A DNA stretch of 51,635 nucleotides from Octopus sinensis (Eukaryota). This document shows, piece after piece, positions 12,807 through 26,377 of this stretch. Location: the NCBI RefSeq assembly GCF_006345805.1, contig NW_021833995.1, positions 1 through 51,635 on the forward strand, read 5' to 3'. Made by a program: the position numbers and the translations under genes. Position 1 is the first letter of the stretch. The number at the start of each line of letters is the position of its first letter. Under the pieces are notes generated by a model, which saw only the letters and a program-made list of their open reading frames with translations, was not told where the DNA came from and ran no database searches.

Positions 12807-13290
12807 ATAACAGTGATGTCTAGCCTCGCAAACTGCTATGGAGCAGAAATTTTCAGGAATTACTCTTCTCATGAATATTCATAAATGCTGTAAATTTGAA
12901 TAATGCAAATATAAGAACATTCGCGATGTACCCTTCTTGAATTTCACCGGAATGCCCTATGTACACACACACGGACATGCGCGCGTACGCACACGCACAT
13001 ACACACACACGCACATGCGCGCGTACGCACACGCACATACACACACACAACAAATACATATATAATGGGAGAATGAGAGAGAGAGAGAGGTTGTACGTCT
13101 GTCTGAATTAGGCTTCAGTGACAAAACCGTTCTATTTCACTTCTCTCTGTTGTTTGGAAAACCTGTGGTTACCCTGTTGTTTTGACTCTGCACAATAAGA
13201 TCTGACTAATGCTAAACCAAAATAATAACAATAATAATGATAATAATAATAATGATAATAATAATAATAATAATAATAATAATATATTCA

Positions 13291-13509
13291 AAAAGAAATA
13301 TTCAGACAAATACATAACAAAAACACCAGGACTTACAAACACATATAACATACAGAAAATTGCACTACTAGGCACTGCAAACATCATACGCAGAACACTT
13401 ACCATACAATAACCATCAGAGCATCACAACAAATCAAGCACATACCCAAGGCACACAGAGCTGCGCTCGGTAGTGAAGTGAAAGCACGCTATAAAAAATA
13501 AAACTACTG
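13291..13509 (+). mobile_element. 3' end of R4/Dong-like RLE LINE (family B), 5'-truncated
   Basis: Encodes KYSDKYITKTPGLTNTYNIQKIALLGTANIIRRTLTIQ*; the 3' UTR matches the 51097 copy; (AAT)n on both sides. Confidence 0.85.
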
Positions 13510-13538
13510 AATAATATAATAATAATATAATAATATAA

Positions 13539-13581
<43 letters not shown>

Positions 13582-14429
13582 TTGATAATAATAATAACAA
13601 TAATATAATAATAATAATAATAATATAATAATAATAATAAAATAATAATAATATATAATAATAATAATATATAAAAATACAACAACAACAACAACAACAG
13701 CAAAACAATAAAAAAATGTGAAAGCTCCGTGATGAAGTTATTTCATTTAAAAAATTAATGCCCCGAAAATAACAGCTCACATTCTTTGATATTCTATGAC
13801 TTCCTTGATTCTTCAAAAGTCATGAGTGAAATAAATAATGCCAACGTAATGGAAAGTAAATTCTATAGGGCAGGAACTCTCTACGTTCTTTCTCGCAGTG
13901 ACAATAGAATGCAATATAACGACAGTTTACTAATATGAATAATACAAGAGATCCTTGTATATATATTTACAATGTATATATATAAGCATATTAACTTTCT
14001 TTTTTATAGAAAACCAGAAAAGGGAAACTAGCTTCCTTTGTATGTGTTAAGATTTCGTATATAATTCCGCTACTCAGCGCAAATGCCACTGACTATAATC
14101 TATACTATTAATTCTAAGCAATGACAACAACAAAAAGAAAATAACGATAAAATAAACAAAATGGTGTAAAAATAATAAGAAAAAATACGAGGAAAGAAGA
14201 TAATAAACACACGGAAATAACGCACGCGGACACACTCCGCTTTCCACACTCAGGCACACACACACACACGTATATATATATGTGTATATGTTAATTTGTT
14301 TACACACACACAAACACACAACCACACATGCAAATACTCATGCACATACACATAACAGTTGGTAACACAGATTTCACATTACCACTTCTAAGATTGAAGC
14401 TATGTATAATATACATATATCGAATAACT

Positions 14430-14555
14430 ACATACATATATATAAACATATATATATATATATATAACATATATATATATATATATTATATATATATATA
14501 TATTTGTATAAGTATTGTATTTATATTTAATATGTCAATATATTGTGTGTTTAGG

Positions 14556-14595
<40 letters not shown>

Positions 14596-14921
14596 ATAAG
14601 TATGTATGTTTATATTTATATATGTCAATATGTGTGTGGTTTAGGTATAATATACAATATATATATATATACAATATATATGTCATTATATAGCTATATT
14701 AATATATATATATATATATATAATATGTTTGTATGGATGTATATATACACACACATATACATGTATACTTTACGTGTGTTTATGCATATTACACACACGC
14801 GTACACACATGTATATATATATATGTATACATATTATAATCTATATCTATCTGTATATATATATGTATATATATATACTTATATTCATATGTATATGTAT
14901 ATATATATATTTATATAATAT

Positions 14922-14964
<43 letters not shown>

Positions 14965-15382
14965 ATATACATATATATGTATACATATATTATAATATAT
15001 ATATATATATATATACACATAGAAGTTTGTATATGTATGTCTTGGCGTATACTTATGTATATGTACATAAGTACACATCTTAAGAAATTTTAGTATACGT
15101 TCATTTACAAAATCAGCTGTTTGGATTATAAGATCAAAGCTTTTATCACGTAGCGTTTAACAATAATGATATTTCCGTTCACATTCACCAAATTAAGCCT
15201 ACACTCTATGTTTAAATTAAAAGGTGAGGGTTACAATTTCTATGACGAGAATTTTGTGGTTTCACTTTCAGCTGTGTCCCTTTGAAGTATTGAAGTAGGC
15301 ATATATAAATGATAATATGAGCGACAAGTGTACGATATATATGTCTGTATTAATGTATACATACATACATATATATATATAT

Positions 15383-15427
<45 letters not shown>

Positions 15428-15490
15428 ATATATGTGTATAAAAGAGTATATATAAATATATATGTATATATGTATGGTTAAACACTTATA

Positions 15491-15541
<51 letters not shown>

Positions 15542-15620
15542 GCGTGTGTGTATAAATTCACACAACACTGAGACACATTTACACTTCAATATAAACATGT
15601 ATCTGCACGTATACCATATA
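14430..15620. repeat. Long degenerate (TA)n/(TG)n low-complexity region
   Basis: Direct reading; includes a ~88-bp tandem duplication near 14501-14655. Confidence 0.9.
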
Positions 15621-16429
15621 TATATATATATACATACGTCATTGTGTGCATGTAGATAATGACATACACACATACACGCATATATACTCATACATATAAA
15701 TATTCATAGCCTCTCTTACGTAATATAAACACATAGACGACCACACACACACACATATGTATATATAAATCTATACTGTTATCAGAGGTGTTGTCTCCAT
15801 TCACAAAGAAAGTAATAATTCTTTATTTGTTTATAGATATTAATTCTTTCTTTATTAATGATAATTCTTAATGATACCATTCTATATTTATGAGTCTCTA
15901 TGTCTGCCTGCTTGCGTATGAATTTTATTTGTATGTATGTTCACACATGTTCCTTGTTTAAGCATATGAAATTATTTCGTAAAGTTTATTTCGCGCTAAA
16001 ATGTTTTATATTAAGTTTTGAATTAAAATGAGCTTTAATTAAAATAACCGATAGGTACGCCTTACCATATTGCAGGTAAAAGGACAAATATTTTTCCCTC
16101 CTTTGGTGCATGAGAAATGCCCTTTTGAAATAAAATTTATTCGTAATAGAACAGAATTGGTCAAGTCACACCTTCATACTTGAAGTTCTAAATTGACGTA
16201 TTAAGTAAAAAAAAAAAGAATAGTCCACATTAGTGAGATTAAAATAGTGGCACAATATACAAATAATAGCCGCAACAACTGTACCAGCAGAAATATTTTC
16301 CAAAAAGACGAGAAATTGGGGAGGAGAAGATAGTCAACTATATAGCCCCTAGGTGCTTTATTTTATTTTGTTTATTGTTAAATGCATGAAGCACCATTCA
16401 TACTTTAATGTCGGTGAACTGAGTCAATG

Positions 16430-16620
16430 AGGAACCCAATGTGTGGAGAGAAATATCGAAGGTATTGATACAGAGAATTCATGAGCAAAAAGAAAGACGA
16501 TAGCATAAATGACTGAGAAGAGAAGGAATTTGATGGCCAATTCCTGCAAGAGAAGAATGCTTGTTGTGACTGAGAAATGAAGGCCCGTAGGAAAAACTGA
16601 ATTCAGTAATTATAGCAGCT
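16430..16620 (+). mobile_element. Possible highly decayed R4/Dong-like LINE fragment
   Basis: Reads D*EEKEFDGQFLQE, resembling the W.EK.LHG motif seen intact in family A (WEEKPLHGKY). Confidence 0.3.
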
Positions 16621-16956
16621 CAGAAGCAAGTCATTAGAATTAATTTCATAATGACAAAAATTGATAAAACATAGTCAGAGTCAGTGATCCAATACAGAAT
16701 ATGTAGAAAAGTGGACGAAATTATTAGCCATCCTCTCACTAGCAGAAAAAGAATATATATATATAAAGGTATGTCTGTATCGGTAAAATATTGCATTTGG
16801 ATATAAGCATTCATGAATGTAGGCCTTATTTAGCTAACGAGATATGTATATAGCTTCTCTATAAATTTATAATTTTCTCCGCCATATCTCATAGCTTACA
16901 TCTGAAGAAAGCAGATGTATTTGCATTTATGTATGCGTGTACATGCTTTAATGCTA

Positions 16957-17097
16957 TAAGGTTGTCCCAAAAGTTCGTTGAAAGTCTTGGAAAATAATGG
17001 TCTTAATTTTGAGGAATATTTTTTGTTGTTTTTGTTAGTACTTGGCGAGTAAAAATTTAATTTTCGCAAGTGTTTACGAACTTTTGGGACAACCTAA
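16957..17097. mobile_element. Tc1/mariner-type MITE
   Basis: Perfect 20-bp TIR AGGTTGTCCCAAAAGTTCGT / ACGAACTTTTGGGACAACCT; TA at 16955-16956 and 17098-17099. Confidence 0.8.
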
Positions 17098-17760
17098 TAT
17101 GTGGTCTGTGTATTGTATTAGACTGAAGTCATATGACTTTCATGTGTTTGTATTCGGGGAACATGGGCGTGAATATTGTTTTTATGGCAGTATTTCTGGC
17201 AAAGTCATTAATAGTATAGCTATGTGCGTAGGTACTGTTTATAAGCATTATATGTATTATTGTCATTAAAGCCGAGTGTACAGATATAAGAATGATACTG
17301 TTTATGCGAAATTTGCATACTTTAAGAACTGGTTGTTTTTATCCAATATGATTATGCCTATTGTTCAGTTCACCTCGATCAGATTGATCTAGAATCAAAG
17401 ACGTTCATAGACTTACCTTACTGCCCGTTTCCCACCTTCGTTTCTAAGAGAAAACGGTGGGATTTCGGGGAGATTTAGCTGATATCTTTAGGAGATTGTT
17501 TGACAATGTCGAAGCTCGTTCATTAGTTTGTGCTGAGGTAGTTTTAGTTAGATTTGTAATTTAATTACCACAGACAAATTTAATGCTAAGCTGATGGTGT
17601 CGGAACTTTACAACAAAGTAGTTTGCAATGAGATTGGTTGTAGATCGCAGAATCGTGCAGAGACTCTAACACGAACTATTTCTTTGCATTTTGTTTTCCA
17701 TTACTGTCGCTAATCTGATATCAGAAATTGAAATACATTTTGCATAAATTTTCTTAACGT

Positions 17761-17793
17761 TTTGCTGTCTTTATGAGATCGAGGCAGATACAG
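17761..17793 (+). other. Candidate 5'-UTR exon end (start unknown)
   Basis: Strong donor CAG|GTAAGA at 17793/17794, ~600 bp upstream of the ATG micro-exon. Confidence 0.25.
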
Positions 17794-18390
17794 GTAAGAA
17801 TATTGATTTCTCATTCGGTTTAGTTAAATTTGGCTGCTGAAAGGAGATGCTATTTGCTGCTATAATTGGGATTTGAAGAACTTTGGAGGTTATACATGCC
17901 TCCTAGATGTGTAATTAATTAGCGAAGCGTTGTAATGTGGGAAATTGTGGAAAGCATGGCTGGCAAGAATACTGTTGCTCTAAAAATCATAGAAAATTAC
18001 ACTTATAGCAAAATTTACAAAATTCTTTCTTTAAAATAATATCGTATTAGAATTGACAGTAACGCCATTCTTTAAAAGTGAAGTTCTCAGAGATACCTAA
18101 CATTAAATTTCCATATACATCACCGCATTAACAAGAGAACAAGAAACAAACAACTGCTAACCTTGTATTCTAAACGATTAGTATTTAAAGAAACCCAATT
18201 AATTCTTTACCTAAATAAATTGAAAATATCTCCTGGATTCGTGTTCAGCCCAAATTATGACCGAGGTTTATTTTTGAGTAGTCACTCTTGCCCTTGGTTT
18301 GCCATGTGTTGTTTAATTAAGTATTGTCCAACAGACAACGCCTGTTGAGGCAGAAACGTGTATTCATTATCATCCCTTTGTTTTCAGACA

Positions 18391-18406
18391 ATGAAATGCC
18401 TGAATG
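18391..18406 (+). CDS. Candidate coding micro-exon 1 (MKCLN-G, phase 1) of an unannotated secreted/Ig-like protein gene
   Basis: Acceptor ccctttgttttcag|ACAATG at 18387/18388; donor G|GTATGT at 18406/18407; phase matches the exon at 19398. Confidence 0.45.
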
Positions 18407-19397
18407 GTATGTCATTTTTGTTTTTAGAAGCCTTGATTTTCTAGATTATCTCCTCTTCTTCTTTGCTGTTAGTCCCAAATTATCAACAGCTGATTACTTT
18501 TCCTTCTCTGGAATCAGAGATAGTTTCAATAAAACAGGAATGGCTGTTGTATGGTAATTAGTATAACTTTATTCGTCTCTGTGTTATTGAAATACATGCC
18601 CCTGGCCGCTCTGAGTTATTTCCGAATGCGCATTTGCGTTTTAATTATATAAGGTTTTATCTCTCTTCCATATAGGTAGAGTGTCAGTTAATTAAAATTA
18701 TCATGATGACCACATTAAATATTTTGGAGCTATTCATAGACACTGAAGAGCTACTTCACTGATCACCAGCCACCAATATACACGTACTACCAGAAGACGA
18801 AATACTGACAGTAACAATAGTCAGTGCATTAGAAGCTACCCTATTATAATTAGAATTCACAATGTCTCCTATCTACTACAGAGATAGCTATATCGATCGA
18901 CAAAAAATATGCAAATATATATATGCATATATATCTGTGGTGTGTATATATTTGTATGAGTGTATAAATGCATGTGACAATTTTAAATACGCTTAGATAT
19001 ATATTTACAGATATATTCGCAGAGTTAATGGTTAGGAGCCATTTCGTGGAATATATTTTTTGCTAAATTTCATTTTCGTCTTGCATAAACTTATTTACTG
19101 GAACAAAATTTTCATAAAATTTATCTAAAATAAGAAAAACTAAAACTATTTTCTCGGTTTACAAATGTAGCTTATAACTTGCTTTAATTTTATTTTTAAC
19201 TCCTCGGATTACCATATTTCTGCAGATATTACTAATTTCTAAACCGTGTACGTATGCTGACAAATCCGAGAACATGACTGGAAGGAAATAAATTCCCCGA
19301 TATGCAATAGAAAAAAATTAAAAAGTTAAATTTTAAAAAAATCCAAACAAACCAACAAAAAATATAAAACATTTCCTTTATGCTAACTCGCTTTCAG

Positions 19398-19690
19398 ACA
19401 TCCTCCTGGGGCTTCTAAGTTGTTGCAAAACTATTTGTATAACTTACACCAAAAGACCTGCTGATTTCATTTACGCTTCGTTTGGGAGTAATGCCCTGGT
19501 TCATATTGAATACCGAAGCATAAATGAATTCTACGATGAGGTTTCAATCCCTGGCGTTGAAACAGTTTCAGTAAATTACGAAAATATTACTACCAGTAAT
19601 ACACATGCGGATCGGTTTGAACCAGCGTTGGTAGCAGGCTCTAGTGGGCCATATTTTGCCCGTACTCAACATCAATGTTGCGGAGAGTAG
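19398..19690 (+). CDS. Candidate coding exon 2 (96 open codons), leader-like stretch plus Ig-like N-terminal half
   Basis: Acceptor gctaactcgctttcag|AC. Spliced product MKCLNDILLGLLSCCKTICITYTKRPADFIYASFGSNALVHIEYRSINEFYDEVSIPGVETVSVNYENITTSNTHADRFEPALVAGSSGPYFARTQHQCCGE* (102 aa). Confidence 0.45.
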
Positions 19691-21207
19691 AGATTTGCGT
19701 ACATGGAGAACTGCTTGTCTTTCACCTTCACCCCACTCAGACAAAAAATCTGCCCAAACTTGCGTTTGGGAGCAAGCATTCTAGAACAGATCTTCAAATT
19801 ATTATAACAGAGAGCAAATAGTAATTGAACCAACACACTAGAGAAAACTAAGAAAAACCAAATGTCTCCGTTATAACAACTTTAAACTTCTTGTATGCTA
19901 ACGTTGCTGAAGAACTATTCTCTTCTTTTCACTGTTTATGTTTTTTTTTTTGGCTTTTTTTTGACGAGAAAATAAATGAGATTTTTCGATTATTTTTCTG
20001 TATTTTGTCTCAGTTACTCATCTTTTCAAAGTTTACTTTTTTCTCTTTTTGTATGCATGCATTTTTTGAGGGCGTTTCTTTTATTGTATTCCAACGCGGC
20101 ATGTTCACAGAATATGCTGACATAACAGAAAATAAGATGTTTAAAACACCGACCATATTTTTTTTAGCTAAAATCTGAAAATTTGTGTAGGTGGACCTTT
20201 TAAATTGTTCGAAACTCTCTGTAATTGAACAACTGGAACTTTAAAAAAATATACATCTCCATCTAGTTGCAAAACATAAAATTCTTCATTTCGAGGAGTG
20301 ACTCAAAGACAACTAAACAAAAGAGAACAATAAAATTAACAATAAACTTAAAGTACTCTGCATATTTTGAAATATTCTGCATCTGCTACGCAGCATATTC
20401 AAAATTTAGGAACCCCATGTAAATTATTCCAAATTAAAACATCTTACATTAGACTACAGATAACCGTCTTTTTGTCGGCACATCGTAAAGCCTTTGTGAA
20501 ACCAACAGAGGAAATGATTCCGCATTTTAGTGAGTATTGAAGCCTACAACTGATGATGTACTCAGAGCGGAAACACGGTGATAATAGCAATAATCAGAGC
20601 CTTTTAAACTTCTAGAGTAAAAGAATGACGATATTCTGTGAACATAGATCTATTCTAAATATTTGTAACGAATTGAACACTGCTAAAAATACTCATGAAT
20701 CATATAGTGGTGTTAAATTAGACTAAGAATTGACATTTGCACTTCAAATTATAATCTCAGTATGAGTCCATGCAAGAAATAACCAGTATTGTTCCAATTT
20801 AATAGTTTTCTAACGTTAGACCGTTCGGGAAGTTGGAATCCTGTTTCTCAAAGGAAGAAATAGATTTAGTGCAGTACTTGACCTTTTACTGGCATGGTTA
20901 AATACCAGTGCAGAGTGAGCTGTTTAGCATTAATAAACATTGAAAATCTCCGCGAGAAAAAGACATTTCCAGCACCACAAAGACATTCGATTATGTCAAA
21001 TGTCGAAAGTGTAATGTTATTGAGGTGGTATCGCGTTTCACTGAATATTGCATTTCTCTCAGAAAATACATTTACCAAAGTGTCTACCTGTCCATCTGTT
21101 CCTCTGTCCATCTACGTATCTTTCTATATATCTTTGTATCTATCTATATCTATATTCGTATGTATAGATACGTACAATTACGCGCACGCATACATATACA
21201 TATCCGT

Positions 21208-21263
<56 letters not shown>

Positions 21264-21275
21264 GTATGTATCTGT

Positions 21276-21313
<38 letters not shown>

Positions 21314-21332
21314 ATGTATATATATATATTAT

Positions 21333-21364
<32 letters not shown>

Positions 21365-21436
21365 GATATATATATATATATATATATAATATATGTATAT
21401 ATATATTATATACATATGTGTGTGTGTGTGTGTATG

Positions 21437-21467
<31 letters not shown>

Positions 21468-22639
21468 TGGAAAGTAGCAACATTTATTGTGCTGAAAGCC
21501 AGAAAATTGTATGAAAGAAGATTAATTGGAAATACTGGCTTTTCTCAGCTATCCACACTTTATTTGAAGGTTTCTCGATTGAAAACTTATCCACAGCAAC
21601 CTTACACCTTTTTGGCAAAGAACAATTATTACTATAATGTAGGGGAAACAGGAATAACTTGTCTTAAAATTGCCCTCTTGTGACGCGATTAAATTTATGG
21701 CTGTCCTAAAGTTCCATTTTATGGTCAAGGCGGGAATAATTATATTTCAATGTCGGTTACTTCAAGTAGTTTGTATGTAAGACATGAAGTTTATCATCGA
21801 TCGAACTATTAACCTCATCTACAGGGATATAATTGTGATCTTTCGCTACTCTTATTCAAATACGCTAAATATACAAGCAAACCTAAATTAAAGTATTTAA
21901 TGTTTGATAGATAGATAATAGCAAGAAAAAGAATTAGATCACGCATCGTATTTTACAGAAGACTAAGTTCTCGCTTCAACGGTTTACAATATATTGTGTT
22001 CCGTTGTTCAACGAGAAAGAACGGTATGGAATGAAAAACAAAACGTAAAACGGATGTTAATTCTTTCATTTGTCGGCAATATTCTTTTTAATCAATAATT
22101 TTTGTTTGATAATCTCTAAACTGGAGTTACAGACATGTAATTAAGCCAATATTTAATATCCATGATACAGTAGCAAGTTATAATCACAGGGGAAATTATT
22201 CAACATCACAGCAAACTTAAAATGCGCTTATTTTCGAATGTTGACCATTCTGATAATGGAAGTCTAACACACGCACATGAGAGATAGCGGCGAACAGTAA
22301 TGAGTCGAGAGCCAAGAGTCTACCAGTCTGTGAAATGGGTAAATATGAAGTTAAGATATGGAAAATTGTGTGTATGCATGTATGCATGTATATATATATA
22401 TATGTACATGCATCTATGTTTGTATGTATGTGTGTGAATGTATGTACGTACGTACGTATGTATGTGAATGCATGTTAGAGATCACGGTTGTATGCAATAT
22501 AATTAGTTGTACGTATACGTACAAATACGTATACATCTATGAATATATAGCTACATACCCATGCTGGCGTATATGTACATATATGCATATACAAACACGT
22601 AAACTCACATGCTCACATATACACACACATATGCATACG

Positions 22640-22689
<50 letters not shown>

Positions 22690-22888
22690 TATTTGGGAAA
22701 TGTCATCTTTTTGACAACATTAACCACATGCACTATATATTTGAGCTTTAATTATTATTATTATTTATTATTATTATTAATTATTATTATTATTTATTAT
22801 TATTATTATTATTATTATTTATTATTATTATTTATTATTATTATTATATTATTATTATTATTATTATTTATTATTATTATTATTATTA

Positions 22889-22921
<33 letters not shown>

Positions 22922-22940
22922 TATTATTATTATTATTATT

Positions 22941-23487
22941 GAGTGAGAGAGCAGTGCATGTCATCAAAGTGACACTGGGGTAAAATATACGAAGCCCAGT
23001 ATACCCATCATGACTACCCGTCTGATAAAGGTACACCAGGCACATGCATCACAACCATATGTGCGCGACATGGTGATCTCATATCAAGATAAACAGCACA
23101 TGACCTTGCAGGTGGGGCCCAGTTAGAATTTTCTTCAGGTTGAGTAGCCCATCCCTCTCAAAAGGTCCCTGAATAAGCATTGTTTAAGGATGTTGAAAGA
23201 ACCACCCATGTTTCCAGAGGTGAACTATTCAAACCCAAAGAATCCCTCTCAACACATGGCTATGATGCTCCCCACTACTTCTGCTCGTGATCAGAGATGC
23301 ACATATCGTCAGCCACTAAGGGACATGCTCAACTGGTTAAGGTCAAACAACTGACAAGCAAATGTGTGGTATTGAGCAGAATATTTGCTGTAGCCCATCT
23401 TTTATAGCAAGACAAAACAATGTACATGATAACACTTCCAATCAGTTAAGATCAGAAGCCATGAGAGCCACTGCCTGGTACTGCATC

Positions 23488-23489
<2 letters not shown>
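22941..23489 (-). mobile_element. Unclassified ~550-bp (AAT)n-flanked interspersed repeat
   Basis: Reverse complement aligns with 29901-30446; (ATT)n on both sides. Orientation assigned by analogy with the LINEs. Confidence 0.8.
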
Positions 23490-23543
<54 letters not shown>

Positions 23544-23545
<2 letters not shown>

Positions 23546-23931
23546 GTTTGACTTTTGCTTTATATTTGTACAAGTTGGCTCCAAGTCTCACCCGGAGACC
23601 TCAAGAGACAACAGCTTGGAAGTTGACGTTGTTGTTATGCCTAGTGTGCCATATATTTTGTTGTTTTTTTGTGTTGTACTAGTGGATGTCTAAAAAAAAA
23701 GTTGTTTGTTTTAAACCTTGAGATTACATAGTAAGTATTTTGCGTAGGATATTAGCAGTTCCCATGAACACTATCTTTTGAATTTCTGCCATTTTGGGGT
23801 TTCCTGGTATCTGAGTTAGGTAGCAATCAGCCCCTTTTGCTATCATTCCCAGGGCACCTATGACAACAGGTATTGTTTTAGTCTTCAGGTTCCACATTTT
23901 GCTGATTTCTATTTCAAGATATTTATGTTTG

Positions 23932-23934
<3 letters not shown>
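23544..23934 (-). mobile_element. 3' end of R4/Dong-like RLE LINE (family C)
   Basis: Encodes SKHKYLEIEISKMWNLKTKTIPVVIGALGMI...QKIVFMGTANILRKILTM*; (AAT)n on both sides. Confidence 0.85.
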
Positions 23935-23994
<60 letters not shown>

Positions 23995-24039
23995 TTATTA
24001 TCATCATCATCATCATCATCATTATTATTATTATCATTT

Positions 24040-24246
24040 AAGGCGGCGAACTGGCAGAATTGTTAGCGTGCCGGACGAAATGCAATTCGCCACTCGCTAC
24101 GTTCTGAGTTCTAATTCCATCGAAGTCGGCTTTACATTTCATCCTTTGGGGTTCGATAAAATAATTAGCAGTGGAACACTGGGACCGACGTCATCGACTC
24201 ATCACCTCCCACCAACATTTTTGTACTTGTGGCAAAATTTGAAACC
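24040..24246 (+). mobile_element. tRNA-derived SINE (family 1)
   Basis: aaggcggcgaactggcagaattgttag...gtggcaaaatttgaaacc, flanked by (ATT)n/(ATC)n. Confidence 0.8.
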
Positions 24247-24249
24247 ATT

Positions 24250-24281
<32 letters not shown>

Positions 24282-24989
24282 TATTATTATTATCTATTAT
24301 ATTTTCAATTTGATCTCAGCCAGTCTATTTACTTTGTTATGTAAAGATGCTATATGTAGGGGTGGTGCCATAGAACTATTCACAATAATCTAATGAAGAA
24401 AATCATGCTGCTTTTCAAGTCATTTGGATTCTGTATCTCCACAGAAACCAAACTAACTGTGCAGCCATTTTTGAATTTTTGAAAACACTTCTAGAAACCC
24501 TGTAGCGAAAGAACAATATTCCCTTATTATAAAATCGTCGACGGATTTCGGTCACTAATAAATTTTTCGCGTATAGCAAACGGGTCGTTCAATTCAATGC
24601 TTTTCTTCGAAGCAAACAGAAAGGTTTTGTAGGTTTGGCTACGTAATATTTACCTGAACATTTTAACTCGAAACCTGCGTGATAGAACCTAGAGGGAATC
24701 CCTATCAGTGATGTGTGCGTAATTAACTTTCACTTCAAAAGGAAAATAAAGATATAAATTTATCATGAATAAATAATAACTAACACTGATCTTCTTTGAA
24801 GAAAGCAGAAAGCCGAGCGACCATTGTTGGCTAATTAACGACGACAAACCACTACACGTTGCAAATCCAAACCTACAATGGTCGTCTGTAAGGGGAGGTC
24901 ACCGTTGGTGATTTATACGCAACTAGTTTTTCCTTCAACGAGTAAAATGTTACATGAATTAGGTGAGGGTGCAGAGTTTTATGGTTAGC

Positions 24990-25364
24990 GTGTTCCGCCC
25001 ACGATTGTGATATCGTAGTTTCAATTTTCTGACGGGGCGATGCGTTGTGTTCATGAGCAAAACGGTTCATCTCACGCTGTCCTGCAATCCCTTCGACACC
25101 TGGCTTGTTACACGCCGTGTACCTGTTCCGGCAACATCAGTTTGATGGAGAAAGTGAACTGAGGTACAACGCATGCGTTTGGTTTACTGTAAACAAATCA
25201 TTCGTGCAGGATGCTCAGCAAGAAATTGCAGAACCGTCCTTCTCGGACTACGAGAGACCATCACCACCACGCGAACTAAGGATGGTTAATAATGCACCAT
25301 CGTTTAATAGATTAATAATTTTCGCTCAAAGTCTGGCAAAAGGCCATCAATTTTAGGAAAAATG
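24990..25364 (+). pseudogene. Possible decayed Ig-like exon
   Basis: With frameshifts and several stops it reads VPPTIV...LACYT/RRVPVPATSV*WRK...TKDG**CTIV...FSLKV, and it ends at a perfect donor G|GTAAGT (25364/25365). Pattern match by eye only. Confidence 0.3.
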
Positions 25365-26049
25365 GTAAGTGGATTTCAACGACCACAGTAGTTGATTGGT
25401 ATTCATTGTATCCACTTCGAAAGAATAAAAAGCAAAGGTAAGAAAGTTTAAAATAAATGCTGCTCAGCATTTTCATCTGATGCACCAGCGATATTTCTAG
25501 TTCAAAATCGTCATAGAGAATTCATAACTACTTAATTGTGTTGTCATAATATTTATGTAAATCCGTTGCTTATAATAGCTGCTCGCTATATTTTACTGAC
25601 AGGCAGAAAAATCAGCGTACTTGACTTTTGTGAACGGATCAAAGTGGGACCAAAACCTACAAGAGCCTATCCCTTTGATTTTATACATGGATATATAAAT
25701 AATAATTAAACGTGCATTTGTTTACATTTTTCGTAGTGTGTTTATGATCAAGACACATATAATTATAATAATCAAGGGTATGAATACAAGATATAGGCTG
25801 TTGTGATAAATTTTCAATTATTCCACACAATAATTTCATGCATCTATAACTAATTACAGCCGTTAGTCAATAGGAAGTTGCTTTAACATTAGATAATATT
25901 TCGCAGGCTTTCTGAAAACTAGTCTCCGAAAGAAAATAGATTGAATAATGAATACAGCCCTCCCCAACACACGCATAATATATGTGGAATCACGCGCTAT
26001 TGTATTTGTAATCTTGTTTACTTACTTGAATAATATATACATATTTATG

Positions 26050-26105
<56 letters not shown>

Positions 26106-26180
26106 GTACATATATGAATATATGTGTGTGTGTGTACATATATATATATATACACATATACATATGTATATATAAATATG

Positions 26181-26241
<61 letters not shown>

Positions 26242-26340
26242 GTATATATATATATATATATATAATATATATATGTATATATATATATATATAATATATA
26301 TATACATATATATATATGTATATATATAATATATATATAT

Positions 26341-26377
<37 letters not shown>

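Noticed and set aside
20549-20580. CTGATGA...GGAAAC motif
   Set aside because: No valid stem I, II or III.
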